Shown here one piece after another: positions 7,814-17,871 of a DNA stretch of 34,132 bases. Source of the stretch: a virus. Taxonomy: Duplodnaviria; Caudoviricetes. A model generated the notes under the pieces. It saw nothing but the letters and a program-made list of their open reading frames with translations, did not search any database and had not been told where the DNA came from. How positions within the stretch are numbered: the first letter of the stretch is position 1; the number at the start of each line of letters is the position of its first letter. The position numbers and the translations under genes were made by a program. The stretch spans positions 1 through 34,132 of IMG/VR virus record IMGVR_UViG_3300023260_000005. The stretch is one strand, 5' to 3'.

Positions 7814-10800
7814 ATGGAAGGAACTTATAAAATACCTCACGAACAGATTGAAGATTATTCAATTACCGATATACTTGGGTTATCTGATGCGTTGAATAAT
7901 CTTTCCAACACTAAAGAGGATAAAGTCAACAAGCAAAATAGTTTAGCTACAGATGTAACAAATCAAAAGTTTCCTACTGTAACGGCAGTTAACGCTGGGC
8001 TTGCTACAAAACAAGTCACCTTAGTCAGCGGAACTAATATCAAGACCTTAAATGGTGAATCACTTTTAGGCTCTGGGGATATTTCCATAATAGTGCCTAT
8101 AATCTATAATGCTACCCCAACTCAGGCGGGAGTAATAAAACTGGCTGGAGATATAAGCGGAACATATGATAATGTTACCGTGCCAGGATTAGCTTTAAAA
8201 GAGCCAACAATCGTAGGGGGAGCAAACACTCAATACTGGAGAGGAGATAAAACATGGCAACTTTTAAATAAGGCGGCAGTTGGACTAGGGAACGTTGATA
8301 ATACTTCGGATTTAAACAAGCCTATAAGTACAGCGACTCAAACAGCTCTGAATCTTAAGGCTGATAAAACGTATGTAGATTCTCAAGATGCGGCAATTAC
8401 AGGAAACTTAAATGCTCATATCGCCAATCTAAATAATCCTCATCAGACTACAGCCGCCAAAACACCTGCGGTTCCTCACTCAGTAAATCTTACAGGGGCA
8501 ACGGTTCAAGCTCAGCTAGACCAAACCGAGAGTAATATATTGAATGGGTACAAAATAAATAAGATTAACGCAAAAGATTTATACCAAACAGGTTTAGTTA
8601 GAACTGACGTTGACGTAGCGACATTAACTATCGCTCCAGCAAATACCTTAACAATAACAGCTTGCGATGGTATAATATTTGTTAACGATATTCTTCCAGA
8701 TGTTCCTAATAACTTCTTGACTAACTCAATAGTTTATTTAGGCACTAGAACTTTTATAGCTAATGCGACAAATACGCCTTTGGCGGCAAATACTAGGGGA
8801 ATATTTTATGTCGCTTTAGATAAGGTTGGAACTTCGGTTTACAGAACATCGAAAGTATATGACTCCGATGTTTGTTATATGGCACGTTTAATAGTTCAAA
8901 ATTCTGGAGGACTTTATACAATTGTTTCTGCTAAGTATATTCCAGACATAGCTTACAATAATCCTACTGAAAAGGATAGAAATGTATCTGGAGCGGGAAC
9001 GTTAGCTTGGAGTGGGGCAGCATCAATATCCTTCGGGAATAAAGGAGTAGTTTTTTCAAAAAACTCTATTAACTACGCAAACAATAAATATGACCCTAAC
9101 TACTTATCAGTTCCAGATAGTCCTAATTTAACGCCAATGCAATTCCTTTTGATGTTACCAAACGTTACATCATTAGCAGTTTCCATTGCCACTAGTACTA
9201 CGATAAACCCAACTCAATATTATACTTCTGCTGGGGTAGTCGGAGCGGGAGCTGTAGGAAATACATCATATCAAGTTTATAGACTTCTTGTTTCAGTAAC
9301 AGGAACTTTGATAATACAAGTAAAAGCATCTACTTCCAACGTTCCACAGTTTGGAGTTAATGCAATCTTTGCGAATAGGGATGACGCATTAGCTGGATTA
9401 AATTCAGTAGTGTTCCCTGATATACTACCAGCTGGGGATACAATAGTGTTAGGTAAATTTTTCTTAAGAGCGGGAACTGCAACAAACGGTTCTCAAATGA
9501 ATGACTCAAACGACTTCTACTACCAACCTGCTACTTCTACAAGTTCAAGTTCTATAACAGGAGTTACAAGTCACGATTTACTTTCAGGAAAAAATGATAA
9601 TCCGACATACCAACACGCCACTCAAGCTCAGATCACCGATTGGAATTCAAAACAAGCTGGATTGGCTGGAACTGGTATAGTTAAGTCGACTGCTGGAGTA
9701 ATATCCTATATTACGGATAACTCAGCGAATTGGAATACAGCTTACTCAGAGAGAAATCAATGGGATGGAGGTTCCACTGGTTTATTCCCTGCTACAGGAC
9801 GTTCTTCTCTAGGAGGCACAATCGTAGGGCAAAACCTTTTCATTCTTCCTGACCCATCTGCCGTTAGATTCTTAAGGGTAAATGCAGACAATACGGTATC
9901 GGCTCTTGACTCCGCTGCATTTAGAACTGCAATTGGAGCTGGAACGGTATCTTCAGTTGCTCCTTTAACATTAGGAACTACTGGAACTGATCTTAGTAGC
10001 TCTGTCGCTACAGGCTCCTCAACTCCAGTGATAACTTTAAACGTTCCAACTGCTTCCGCTACAGCTAGAGGAGTTCTTTCTACAGCTGACTGGGCGACAT
10101 TTAAAGGAAAACAAGATGCACTTCAAGGAACTGGATATGTAAAATCTACAGCGGGAGTAATATCATACGATAACTCTACATTCGCTACAATCGGAAGCGT
10201 TGGGACTGTAAACGTATTGCCGAAATATGGAACGACAAGTTCATTTGTAAATTCTAAAATAACTGATACTGGAAGTTTAATAACTTTAGATGATGATACT
10301 AGAATAAATGGAATATTTGCGCTTAACATCGCTCCAGCCATAAATGTTATTAGTTATATAGCGGGTAATATAACAGGAAATGCTACATCTTACGGATTAT
10401 TAAATCAAGCGACAATACAATCAGATGTCGTAACGGCAGCATACTTGCATAGAACGGTAGCAAATACTGCGGCAGCAACATTTAATTTAACTAATTTAAT
10501 ACATAATCACGCTGGTCAAGGAACGTTCGGAGCAGGTTCGACAGTTACGGCTCAATATGGGTACATTGCAGAAGCCTCTTTAATTGGAGCATCTCAAAAT
10601 TACGGATTTAAAGGAAACATACCAGCGTCAGGAACTAACAACTGGAATACCCATATGGCGGGAACAGCTCCAAACTATTTCGCTGGAGCTGTAGGAATAG
10701 GAACAGCGGCAATGGTTGGTAAATTAGATATTGTTACTGGCTCCGCTCCTCTTATGAATCTTCCAGCTCAGGCTAATGGAAGTATATCATTTGGAAATAT

Positions 10801-13528
10801 AACAACTGGGGCAAATCAAATACCTTCTATAATTGGTAAATCTAATACTGCGGCACATGGTTTATATCTTTTAGGAGCCACCATAGAAAACACTGCTGGT
10901 AATCCAGATTTCGAATTAAACATAAGAAAGAATGATAATACAGATTTTACAACATACGACAGCGTTGGTTTTAGATTTGGAAGATTAGGGATACCATTAG
11001 TTGATATTTGGAGAAACGGAAATGTATTCATCGGTGGAAATCCGACAACTGGCTCTCCAAGGCTCTTTGTTCAGAATAATTCCACTACTGACCCAACCGT
11101 AACTTTAAGAAATACAAATTCAGCTTATCAAACAAATATATCCATAGTTAACAGCGATACTTCAAATACAGCTGGATTAACAATGGGTATAAATAATCCA
11201 ACTTATGTCACTGCCGCTTCATTCGGAGATGCTTATGATACTTTTATACGAAGCTCTGCTTTTTCTAAAAACCTAGTAATAACAAACGCCTCTTCAACCA
11301 CAAGCTCAGGAATCTCTTTCAGAACTGGAGCATTGTCAGCGGATAGAATGTTTATACATTATAACGGTAAAACTGGTTTTGGAACAAATAATCCTACGTT
11401 AGCAAACGTTGAAATTTTTGGAGCAAATAATACTAGATTAATACAGGCATATGCAAATGTCATTCCTACTTCGGGGATTACAATGCAACAAGGTATAGCG
11501 TTCACACAACAAAATTTAGCTGGAAATACATTAGCTGGTTATGCTACCACCGCTTATTCAGTCACTCCTGATATGTCACACGGAATGTTAACTCAGGTTG
11601 CTATTAATGCAGATACAGGAGCGGTTCCATTAAACATAATAGAAGGAAGGAGATTGGATAATGCTGGTGCAACAGCGCAACTTGCCATAACAAGACCTAT
11701 TCTTGGAATTAATAATTTTACTTCCAGATTAATGACTGTATATGCGGATGGCGATGTCAATATAGGAGGAACGGATGCAACTGCCGTAGGTAAATTAAGT
11801 ATCACGGTTGGTGCGACTTCTTCTTATAACATGATTAATCAAGGACTTAGTTCATTCTCAATTACAAGTTCTGGAGGAGCGCCAATTTTAACTGGTAGAG
11901 GTAATAATACAGCGGCAGGTGTCGGCTTATATCTTTCAGCGGGTTCTCATGAGGATAACGCCTCTGCGGATATGGTATTGGATATCAGAAGAGATACTAC
12001 AGGCGCAGATTTCGCTGGAACAAAATTAGGATTATTAGGATTCAGATTGAGTAGAGCTAACACTGCTTTAGTCGATATTCTGAGAAATGGTAATACACTT
12101 TTCTTAGGAACAGTTCAATCGCCTCAGTTCACTTCTTCCATAGCTTCAGGAACAGCGCCATTAGTAGTTACATCGACAACCGTAGTAGCTAACTTAAATG
12201 CGGATATGTTGGATGGGCAACACGGTTCTTATTATACCGATATGGCTAACAGCAAAACGTTAGTAACTGACTTTAATACTCCTACTGGCTACAAAATTAT
12301 TGAGGCTTCAGCAACTACAACTACAAACCAACCGAGTGCCGCAAACTGGGGGCAAGGGATTCAATTCGCAACAAATAGTAATGCCGCATACGCCAACCAA
12401 TTAGTATTTAATATGAATGGTACCTTATTTACCAGAAGTAAAGTTGGAGGCGTTTGGGATTCAGGATGGGGGCAAGTTTGGACTTCGAGAAACGATGGAG
12501 CTAGTTCAGGATTGGATGCAGATTTATTAGATGGAATGCAAGCATCTTCGTCTAATACAGCTAGCACAATTGTAAATCGTGATGCATCTGGGTATATAAG
12601 TGTGACTGCGGTAGTAGGTAATTTAAGTGGAAACGCTTCCAGCGCCACTACATCTAATAACTTAACTACTAATTCAGGAGCTAATTTGAGAACGGTTGGA
12701 CCAGGTGGTGTTTATAGAGAAGAAACCCCAGATTCTGGATATCATTATACCACTACGTTGAATATGAATTCAGGCGATGGACGTCAACAATTAACTATAG
12801 ATAGACAAGGAGGAGGAATGAAATTTAGGGGAACGCCTATTGGAACTGCAACTGACTCTGGATGGTCTGCTTGGAAAACTGTAATCGATTCTTCCAATGT
12901 AGCATCTCAAACCGTAGCTAACGCAACGAACGCTCTTCCACTAGCGGGAGGAACTATGTCTGGTAATATAGCTAGAAGCACATCTGTCGCTGGAACTATG
13001 ATAGGAACTTATAATAATGTCGGAGATAACAGAACAAAATCAAATCCTATATACGTTATTGGTTCTGCTTATTTACCAAGTGATACTACATTTATAGGTT
13101 CTGGGAATATGTATGGAATAGGATATTCTGAGCATAGTTTTTGGGGAACTGGTAAACTTTCGGGTTGGGGAATGTATGTTGCTTTAGCGGGAGCTGCCAA
13201 AACAATTCTAGGAGATGGAATTTGGACATCTGGAGCTATCACTGCTACAGGGTTCTTCACTTCTTCAGATAAAAGATTGAAAAATATAGTTAAACCAGTT
13301 CACAACGACCCAAGCGAATTAAAAGCAGTATCTTTTAATTGGAAGGATAAAACTAAGGATGCTAGAGTTCAGATTGGATATTTGGCCCAAGAGGTTAAAA
13401 AATACATACCAAACGCAGTCACCGAAGCTACTGACGGACTTTTGACCGTTAATTATATACAAGTCCTAATCGCCAAAGTGGCTGAATTAGAAGCGAAATT
13501 TAAAAAATTGCAAGATGTCCTTATTTAG
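7814..13528 (+). CDS. Long fibre protein with C-terminal intramolecular chaperone (peptidase S74-type)
   Basis: 1904 aa, Gly/Thr/Ser/Asn-rich. Fibre motifs include GLGNVDNTSDLNKPISTATQTAL, LVSGTNIKTLNG and LDADLLDG. The C-terminus reads SDKRLKNI...IGYLAQEV...TVNY followed by a coiled coil. Confidence 0.88.
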   Translation: MEGTYKIPHEQIEDYSITDILGLSDALNNLSNTKEDKVNKQNSLATDVTNQKFPTVTAVNAGLATKQVTLVSGTNIKTLNGESLLGSGDISIIVPIIYNATPTQAGVIKLAGDISGTYDNVTVPGLALKEPTIVGGANTQYWRGDKTWQLLNKAAVGLGNVDNTSDLNKPISTATQTALNLKADKTYVDSQDAAITGNLNAHIANLNNPHQTTAAKTPAVPHSVNLTGATVQAQLDQTESNILNGYKINKINAKDLYQTGLVRTDVDVATLTIAPANTLTITACDGIIFVNDILPDVPNNFLTNSIVYLGTRTFIANATNTPLAANTRGIFYVALDKVGTSVYRTSKVYDSDVCYMARLIVQNSGGLYTIVSAKYIPDIAYNNPTEKDRNVSGAGTLAWSGAASISFGNKGVVFSKNSINYANNKYDPNYLSVPDSPNLTPMQFLLMLPNVTSLAVSIATSTTINPTQYYTSAGVVGAGAVGNTSYQVYRLLVSVTGTLIIQVKASTSNVPQFGVNAIFANRDDALAGLNSVVFPDILPAGDTIVLGKFFLRAGTATNGSQMNDSNDFYYQPATSTSSSSITGVTSHDLLSGKNDNPTYQHATQAQITDWNSKQAGLAGTGIVKSTAGVISYITDNSANWNTAYSERNQWDGGSTGLFPATGRSSLGGTIVGQNLFILPDPSAVRFLRVNADNTVSALDSAAFRTAIGAGTVSSVAPLTLGTTGTDLSSSVATGSSTPVITLNVPTASATARGVLSTADWATFKGKQDALQGTGYVKSTAGVISYDNSTFATIGSVGTVNVLPKYGTTSSFVNSKITDTGSLITLDDDTRINGIFALNIAPAINVISYIAGNITGNATSYGLLNQATIQSDVVTAAYLHRTVANTAAATFNLTNLIHNHAGQGTFGAGSTVTAQYGYIAEASLIGASQNYGFKGNIPASGTNNWNTHMAGTAPNYFAGAVGIGTAAMVGKLDIVTGSAPLMNLPAQANGSISFGNITTGANQIPSIIGKSNTAAHGLYLLGATIENTAGNPDFELNIRKNDNTDFTTYDSVGFRFGRLGIPLVDIWRNGNVFIGGNPTTGSPRLFVQNNSTTDPTVTLRNTNSAYQTNISIVNSDTSNTAGLTMGINNPTYVTAASFGDAYDTFIRSSAFSKNLVITNASSTTSSGISFRTGALSADRMFIHYNGKTGFGTNNPTLANVEIFGANNTRLIQAYANVIPTSGITMQQGIAFTQQNLAGNTLAGYATTAYSVTPDMSHGMLTQVAINADTGAVPLNIIEGRRLDNAGATAQLAITRPILGINNFTSRLMTVYADGDVNIGGTDATAVGKLSITVGATSSYNMINQGLSSFSITSSGGAPILTGRGNNTAAGVGLYLSAGSHEDNASADMVLDIRRDTTGADFAGTKLGLLGFRLSRANTALVDILRNGNTLFLGTVQSPQFTSSIASGTAPLVVTSTTVVANLNADMLDGQHGSYYTDMANSKTLVTDFNTPTGYKIIEASATTTTNQPSAANWGQGIQFATNSNAAYANQLVFNMNGTLFTRSKVGGVWDSGWGQVWTSRNDGASSGLDADLLDGMQASSSNTASTIVNRDASGYISVTAVVGNLSGNASSATTSNNLTTNSGANLRTVGPGGVYREETPDSGYHYTTTLNMNSGDGRQQLTIDRQGGGMKFRGTPIGTATDSGWSAWKTVIDSSNVASQTVANATNALPLAGGTMSGNIARSTSVAGTMIGTYNNVGDNRTKSNPIYVIGSAYLPSDTTFIGSGNMYGIGYSEHSFWGTGKLSGWGMYVALAGAAKTILGDGIWTSGAITATGFFTSSDKRLKNIVKPVHNDPSELKAVSFNWKDKTKDARVQIGYLAQEVKKYIPNAVTEATDGLLTVNYIQVLIAKVAELEAKFKKLQDVLI

Positions 13529-14693
13529 CGATTTAGCCTCAAATCAAATGGTGACCCAAGCGGTTGCTGCTACAGCAGGTTTTCCTCTTAAGGCGGGACA
13601 ATCTCACGGTAGCAGTAATCAGTGTATGACTAAATTAGAAGCTACTACAAAATATAATTTGAAAACTGATAATTTAACTGCATATGCTGATAATCAATTA
13701 ATACCTAAAAGCGTTTGGGCAACTGGTTTTGTGCAAATGTATTATAGATACTTTACAAGTTTTCCAAAATCAACTGGTGCCCTTTCTTGTCAGACTGATA
13801 ATACTACTTCAGCCATACAAACGTTATATATGTCAACTCTTATGCCTATGTTAGTTGGACAAGTAATTTATACAGATGAAGATGGACTATTTACATTTAA
13901 TGGAGGAAATAATTTTTGGGGTGTATTAGTTGGCGATGCGATAGTTCCTGGTACTACAAGCACAGATTCCTATAGGATTAGTTCAGCGGGAGTTATAATG
14001 GAGATTGTTAATTGTAATAAACCTTCAAACGGGTTTGTTTTGACACCTGGCACAATAACTTCCAGTTCATTACAATTCTCTTGGAGTTTATACGGAGACC
14101 ATACAGGATTAGTGAATTTTCAAGTCTATAGAGATAATGTTTTAGTATCAACAGTATCTAATACCACTTATACATTTACAGACCCAGGCAGATCAGCAAA
14201 CACGACTTATACGTATCATATCAGGGGTATATATTCTCCAGCAAATCCTTTAGGCGTTGCTTTTTCAAATGACTTGCCGATGAAAACAACCGTAACTACT
14301 GGAGGAACGTTCACGCTTGATATACCAGGTGTCGGAAATGGTATTGCGCCAGCTGCCGTGGGTTCTAATATCAGAAGTGGTTACACTTTTAATAGCAGTA
14401 TAAGGATAAACAATATACATACTTCGCAAACCATATTATTTTCTCTTGCTTCTATCCCACCAGTTTATCCGATTGTTGGATTTTCAGGCGCTGCCAGACT
14501 CATGGTTTATTCAGGAAGTGTGAGTGTTAACTTTAATACGGCACCAGGTGACGGAGAAATGATTGGACCAAATTCTTATGCATCTTGGCTATCTTTCGGC
14601 AAGAGTTCTGGAAGTGGATTGGTAGTTTTATCTCTGGAGTATATAAATAGCTCAGGAACGGAATCAGCAGTATTTTGGACTTTAAGTATCTAA
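13515..14693 (+). CDS. Fibronectin type III domain structural/adhesion protein
   Basis: 392 aa. FN3 signature TSSSLQFSW...FQVYRDNVLVSTV...YTFTDPG...NTTYTYHIRG. Overlaps the fibre gene end. Confidence 0.7.
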   Translation: MSLFSDLASNQMVTQAVAATAGFPLKAGQSHGSSNQCMTKLEATTKYNLKTDNLTAYADNQLIPKSVWATGFVQMYYRYFTSFPKSTGALSCQTDNTTSAIQTLYMSTLMPMLVGQVIYTDEDGLFTFNGGNNFWGVLVGDAIVPGTTSTDSYRISSAGVIMEIVNCNKPSNGFVLTPGTITSSSLQFSWSLYGDHTGLVNFQVYRDNVLVSTVSNTTYTFTDPGRSANTTYTYHIRGIYSPANPLGVAFSNDLPMKTTVTTGGTFTLDIPGVGNGIAPAAVGSNIRSGYTFNSSIRINNIHTSQTILFSLASIPPVYPIVGFSGAARLMVYSGSVSVNFNTAPGDGEMIGPNSYASWLSFGKSSGSGLVVLSLEYINSSGTESAVFWTLSI

Positions 14694-14703
14694 ATAAAAC
14701 AAA

Positions 14704-14853
14704 ATGAAAAAGACAGCAAAAATATTAATCGTTTTGATTTTACTATCTTTCATGGGTTGTAAACTGCACCTACATTTTTCGCCTTCCGTAAATTACAAAA
14801 AGACTGTAACTGATTCCACCAAAGTAGATAAAAAAGTAGAGAAGAAAAAATAA
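14704..14853 (+). CDS. Small lipoprotein (49 aa, not in the ORF track)
   Basis: MKKTAKILIVLILLSFMG-C: basic N-region, hydrophobic core and a lipobox-like Cys19, then a Lys-rich mature part. Confidence 0.6.
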   Translation: MKKTAKILIVLILLSFMGCKLHLHFSPSVNYKKTVTDSTKVDKKVEKKK

Positions 14854-14908
14854 ACATTGTTTTCTGTTTCAGAGTTTATAATTTTATTAACCTATTAAAA
14901 ATAAAAAG

Positions 14909-15079
14909 ATGGACAATGATGCAAAAACACCTCAAACCTTAGAGGACAGATTTATCTATACTTCGATAAATGCGAATGGAGATAAGCATATTGAATGGAA
15001 AAACATATCGGAATCGATAAAAGAAGTTTGGCGAAAAATTTATAGAACTAAAGTCATCGCTAAAGCTTCAGAGTTATAG
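14909..15079 (+). CDS. Small hypothetical protein (56 aa, not in the ORF track)
   Basis: MDNDAKTPQTLEDRFIY...KASEL, with an A-rich start context, filling an intergenic gap. Confidence 0.55.
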   Translation: MDNDAKTPQTLEDRFIYTSINANGDKHIEWKNISESIKEVWRKIYRTKVIAKASEL

Positions 15080-15113
15080 TAATTTTAAATGTTTAACTAA
15101 ATTATAATTAAAA

Positions 15114-15563
15114 ATGCAAAACGAGCAAATTATTCAGAACATCGCAATTGTATTCGATGCAGCGTACAGAAGTAATCTTTTAACTATGGAGGAAATTCCA
15201 GCGGTTATCGAGACAAAGCAAAACATTCTAAGAATCATGCAACTTGCTGAACAGCAAATAGTATTGAACGAGGAAAAAGATGCAAAGATTGCTGAACTTG
15301 AAGAAGAGAATCGGATTTTAAAAGAAACGACTGATGAAGCTTCGGTTTTAAAAATGGAAGTTGATTTAAGCAACGGACAAGAGGAAGAAGATGAAGAAGG
15401 TGAAGAGGAGGAGGAAGATGAGGATGACTCTTCTGAAACCGAAGGAGTTAAGGAAGAAAAATCCATAGCCCCACTTCCAGAAATTCCTACCGCACCAACC
15501 GCTGGTAAGAAAATCGAAAGTATCAAGAACTTCAAAAAGAAAGCGATTAAAAAAGCTAACTAA
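15114..15563 (+). CDS. Hypothetical coiled-coil protein with acidic tract
   Basis: 149 aa with a heptad-like segment, an E/D run and a basic tail. Confidence 0.75.
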   Translation: MQNEQIIQNIAIVFDAAYRSNLLTMEEIPAVIETKQNILRIMQLAEQQIVLNEEKDAKIAELEEENRILKETTDEASVLKMEVDLSNGQEEEDEEGEEEEEDEDDSSETEGVKEEKSIAPLPEIPTAPTAGKKIESIKNFKKKAIKKAN

Positions 15564-15577
15564 AATCTAAAATCCCC

Positions 15578-15703
15578 ATGACTACAGCTGGATACATATT
15601 TATAGGCGTAATGACTTTATCAACGGTAATTTCCTTGACCTTATGGTATTCAGCTGTAAGAAAGGGTAAAGAGGATAAGAATGAAAAGCAAAAAAGAAGA
15701 TGA
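15578..15703 (+). CDS. Small single-pass membrane protein (41 aa, not in the ORF track)
   Basis: Hydrophobic stretch MTTAGYIFIGVMTLSTVISLTLWYSAV followed by RKGKEDKNEKQKRR. Confidence 0.5.
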   Translation: MTTAGYIFIGVMTLSTVISLTLWYSAVRKGKEDKNEKQKRR

Positions 15704-15914
15704 GGAGGCTAAATCCAAGCAAAATAAGGCTATATTAAGGCAAAGTGATAAAGTTATAGCTAAGATTGCGAGTATTAAGCAGAACAGGCACGTAAAAGAG
15801 CCCACCGAGCCTACATTTAAAGATATTTTGAGGGATTATTCTCACAGCTATGCAAAATGTATTGGAAAAACGAGTATAGAAATTTTAAAGTTGAACGATA
15901 ATGAATTTCAGTAG
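15681..15914 (+). CDS. Hypothetical protein
   Basis: 77-aa ORF overlapping the start of the MuF-like gene. Confidence 0.55.
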   Translation: MKSKKEDEEAKSKQNKAILRQSDKVIAKIASIKQNRHVKEPTEPTFKDILRDYSHSYAKCIGKTSIEILKLNDNEFQ

Positions 15915-16803
15915 CAAGCAAATACAGAAGATGATAGAAATCTTTTCCAAGAATCAGGCTGTCTTTATCGGCTCAACTCTGGGAATAGACTATCTTTCTG
16001 ACTATGATAAATTTATCTTGAAACTTAATGGAATCGATTTAGATGATTTAACGGTTACTAACGATATTCAAAGAATGTTCTTCTTTGGGATGTATTCTGA
16101 ATATCTAGGAGGAAAAAAGTCATACAAGTCCTCAACTAAGGATTTCGAGAAATGGATGAATAAGCAGTTAGAAAAACCGATGAGCGTTCAAAATAAAGCT
16201 ACGCTAGATTTTCTCAAAACAAGAAATTACTCCGACCTTTCTGGTTTAGGAAGCCGATACAAAAACAACTTTACAAATCAAATTCTTTCTCTTAATCTGA
16301 GAGAGCAAAATCTTTTGAAACAAAAAATGAAAACTGCAACCCAAAAAGCAGTAGAACAAGGAAAATCGGCTCAACAATTAGCCTCGATTTTAAGAGATTT
16401 AACAGAAGACACTGCAAGAGACTTCTCCAGAATAGCAGATTACACTATGCAAGAAGCATACGCTCATGGCAGAATAGCTCAAATAATAGATACTTACGGA
16501 GAGGATGTTTTGGTTTACAAGCAAACTTTCGATGGGGTTTGTAAACACTGTGAAAAGAACTACGGAACGCCTCACGAAAAACCTGTCGAATATACAATTC
16601 AAGAGTTAATGGCGAACGGAACTAATATTGGACGTTCAGAGCAATTACCAGTAGTTGGTCCAGCTCACCCATGGGCTAGAAGTATTCTACACCCGATTCC
16701 ACCGAACACAGTTTGGAGCGATGACAAACACCAATATATCTTAGTTAGAAATACACAAGGAGTTAAGAGAAATTCAAAAGTAAAAATAACAATTACGGAA
16801 TAA
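15901..16803 (+). CDS. MuF/SPP1 gp7-like head morphogenesis (minor capsid) protein
   Basis: 300 aa. Helical region ending RDFSRIADYTMQEAY, then VCKHC and GPAHPWARSIL, a variant of the HPxCRC motif. Confidence 0.7.
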   Translation: MNFSSKQIQKMIEIFSKNQAVFIGSTLGIDYLSDYDKFILKLNGIDLDDLTVTNDIQRMFFFGMYSEYLGGKKSYKSSTKDFEKWMNKQLEKPMSVQNKATLDFLKTRNYSDLSGLGSRYKNNFTNQILSLNLREQNLLKQKMKTATQKAVEQGKSAQQLASILRDLTEDTARDFSRIADYTMQEAYAHGRIAQIIDTYGEDVLVYKQTFDGVCKHCEKNYGTPHEKPVEYTIQELMANGTNIGRSEQLPVVGPAHPWARSILHPIPPNTVWSDDKHQYILVRNTQGVKRNSKVKITITE

Positions 16804-16806
16804 ATT

Positions 16807-17871
16807 ATGAAAAATTTACAGAAGCACTTCAGAGATTTTGATGTTATACAGAAAGACAGAAAAGTAGAGATTTCCAAAAATGGATATATTCTAATTTCCT
16901 TATATAAAAAGGGAGCTGGCGACAGTGATAATTTTGAGGTTAAGCTGAAATTTTTGAGAGGTTTTGCGGGAAGCCGAAGAACTAATATGGAAAACACAGA
17001 AAGGTTAATTTTCTTGGAATCTTTAGAGAGTTATGCGGATATGGATAATTTGGATTTAGAATCAAACATTCCAACCTTCTCCAATATACAATCGAGAGAG
17101 TTTACAGCGTTTTCGAAACAGATGGAATTAAGAACGCTAATGGAAGAACATTTGAAGTTTGACGGAGTTTTGGAAAATTACGAAATCGGAACGGTAGAGA
17201 AAGATGGAAAAACCTGCTATTTCAGAAAGAACGTTCCAAACGAAGTTCAGATTGTTGGAGAGGCTTTTAAAAGTAATGCCTACAAGAAGAAAGGAATGAC
17301 TTTCGAGGAAGGTGATGTAGTCCTAGACCTTGGTGCTAATATAGGCTGTTTCTTCTTGGATATCTACGATAAAGTTGAAAAGGTAATAGCGGTTGAACCT
17401 GGTCACGTAAATTGTAAAATCGCTAGAATGAATATCAAAAAGAATAAGATTAAAAATGTAGTTTTATTGGAGTCAGCAGTCGTAGCGGATGATTCAAAAA
17501 CAATAAAGCTAAACTGCGGATTAATCCCAGGTGCGTATTCAGTAAAACAAAATTCTGCTGAGAGACAATCAATCGAAGTAAACTGCGATAATATTAACGA
17601 ACTAATCAAGACTTATAAGCCAAACAAAATAAAATTCGACATTAAGGGGGTAGAAACTGATTGTGTAAGAGCGATTAAGAAAAAGTACTGGAAGAATATC
17701 GAACAGGTTTCATTTGATTATCCATTCGATATTAATGGGGATTTAAAGAACGGTTATAAAGAATTTAACGAAATGAAGAATACATTAAAAGAGAATGGAT
17801 TTGATATTTCGCCTTTCGAAATAGATTTGAAGAAGAACTGGAATCTTGTATTTTGCGTATCAAAGTTTTAA
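16807..17871 (+). CDS. FkbM-family SAM-dependent methyltransferase with N-terminal extension
   Basis: VVLDLGANIG (SAM motif I), VIAVEP and IKFDIKGVE. Confidence 0.8.
   Translation: MKNLQKHFRDFDVIQKDRKVEISKNGYILISLYKKGAGDSDNFEVKLKFLRGFAGSRRTNMENTERLIFLESLESYADMDNLDLESNIPTFSNIQSREFTAFSKQMELRTLMEEHLKFDGVLENYEIGTVEKDGKTCYFRKNVPNEVQIVGEAFKSNAYKKKGMTFEEGDVVLDLGANIGCFFLDIYDKVEKVIAVEPGHVNCKIARMNIKKNKIKNVVLLESAVVADDSKTIKLNCGLIPGAYSVKQNSAERQSIEVNCDNINELIKTYKPNKIKFDIKGVETDCVRAIKKKYWKNIEQVSFDYPFDINGDLKNGYKEFNEMKNTLKENGFDISPFEIDLKKNWNLVFCVSKF

Noticed and set aside
7814-14693. Diversity-generating retroelement target in the fibre genes
   Set aside because: No reverse transcriptase and no near-identical template/variable repeat pair are visible in the window.
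15380-15440. GAR/GAY-rich repeats here and at about 27955-28105
   Set aside because: Low-complexity codons for acidic linkers, not a discrete DNA repeat element.
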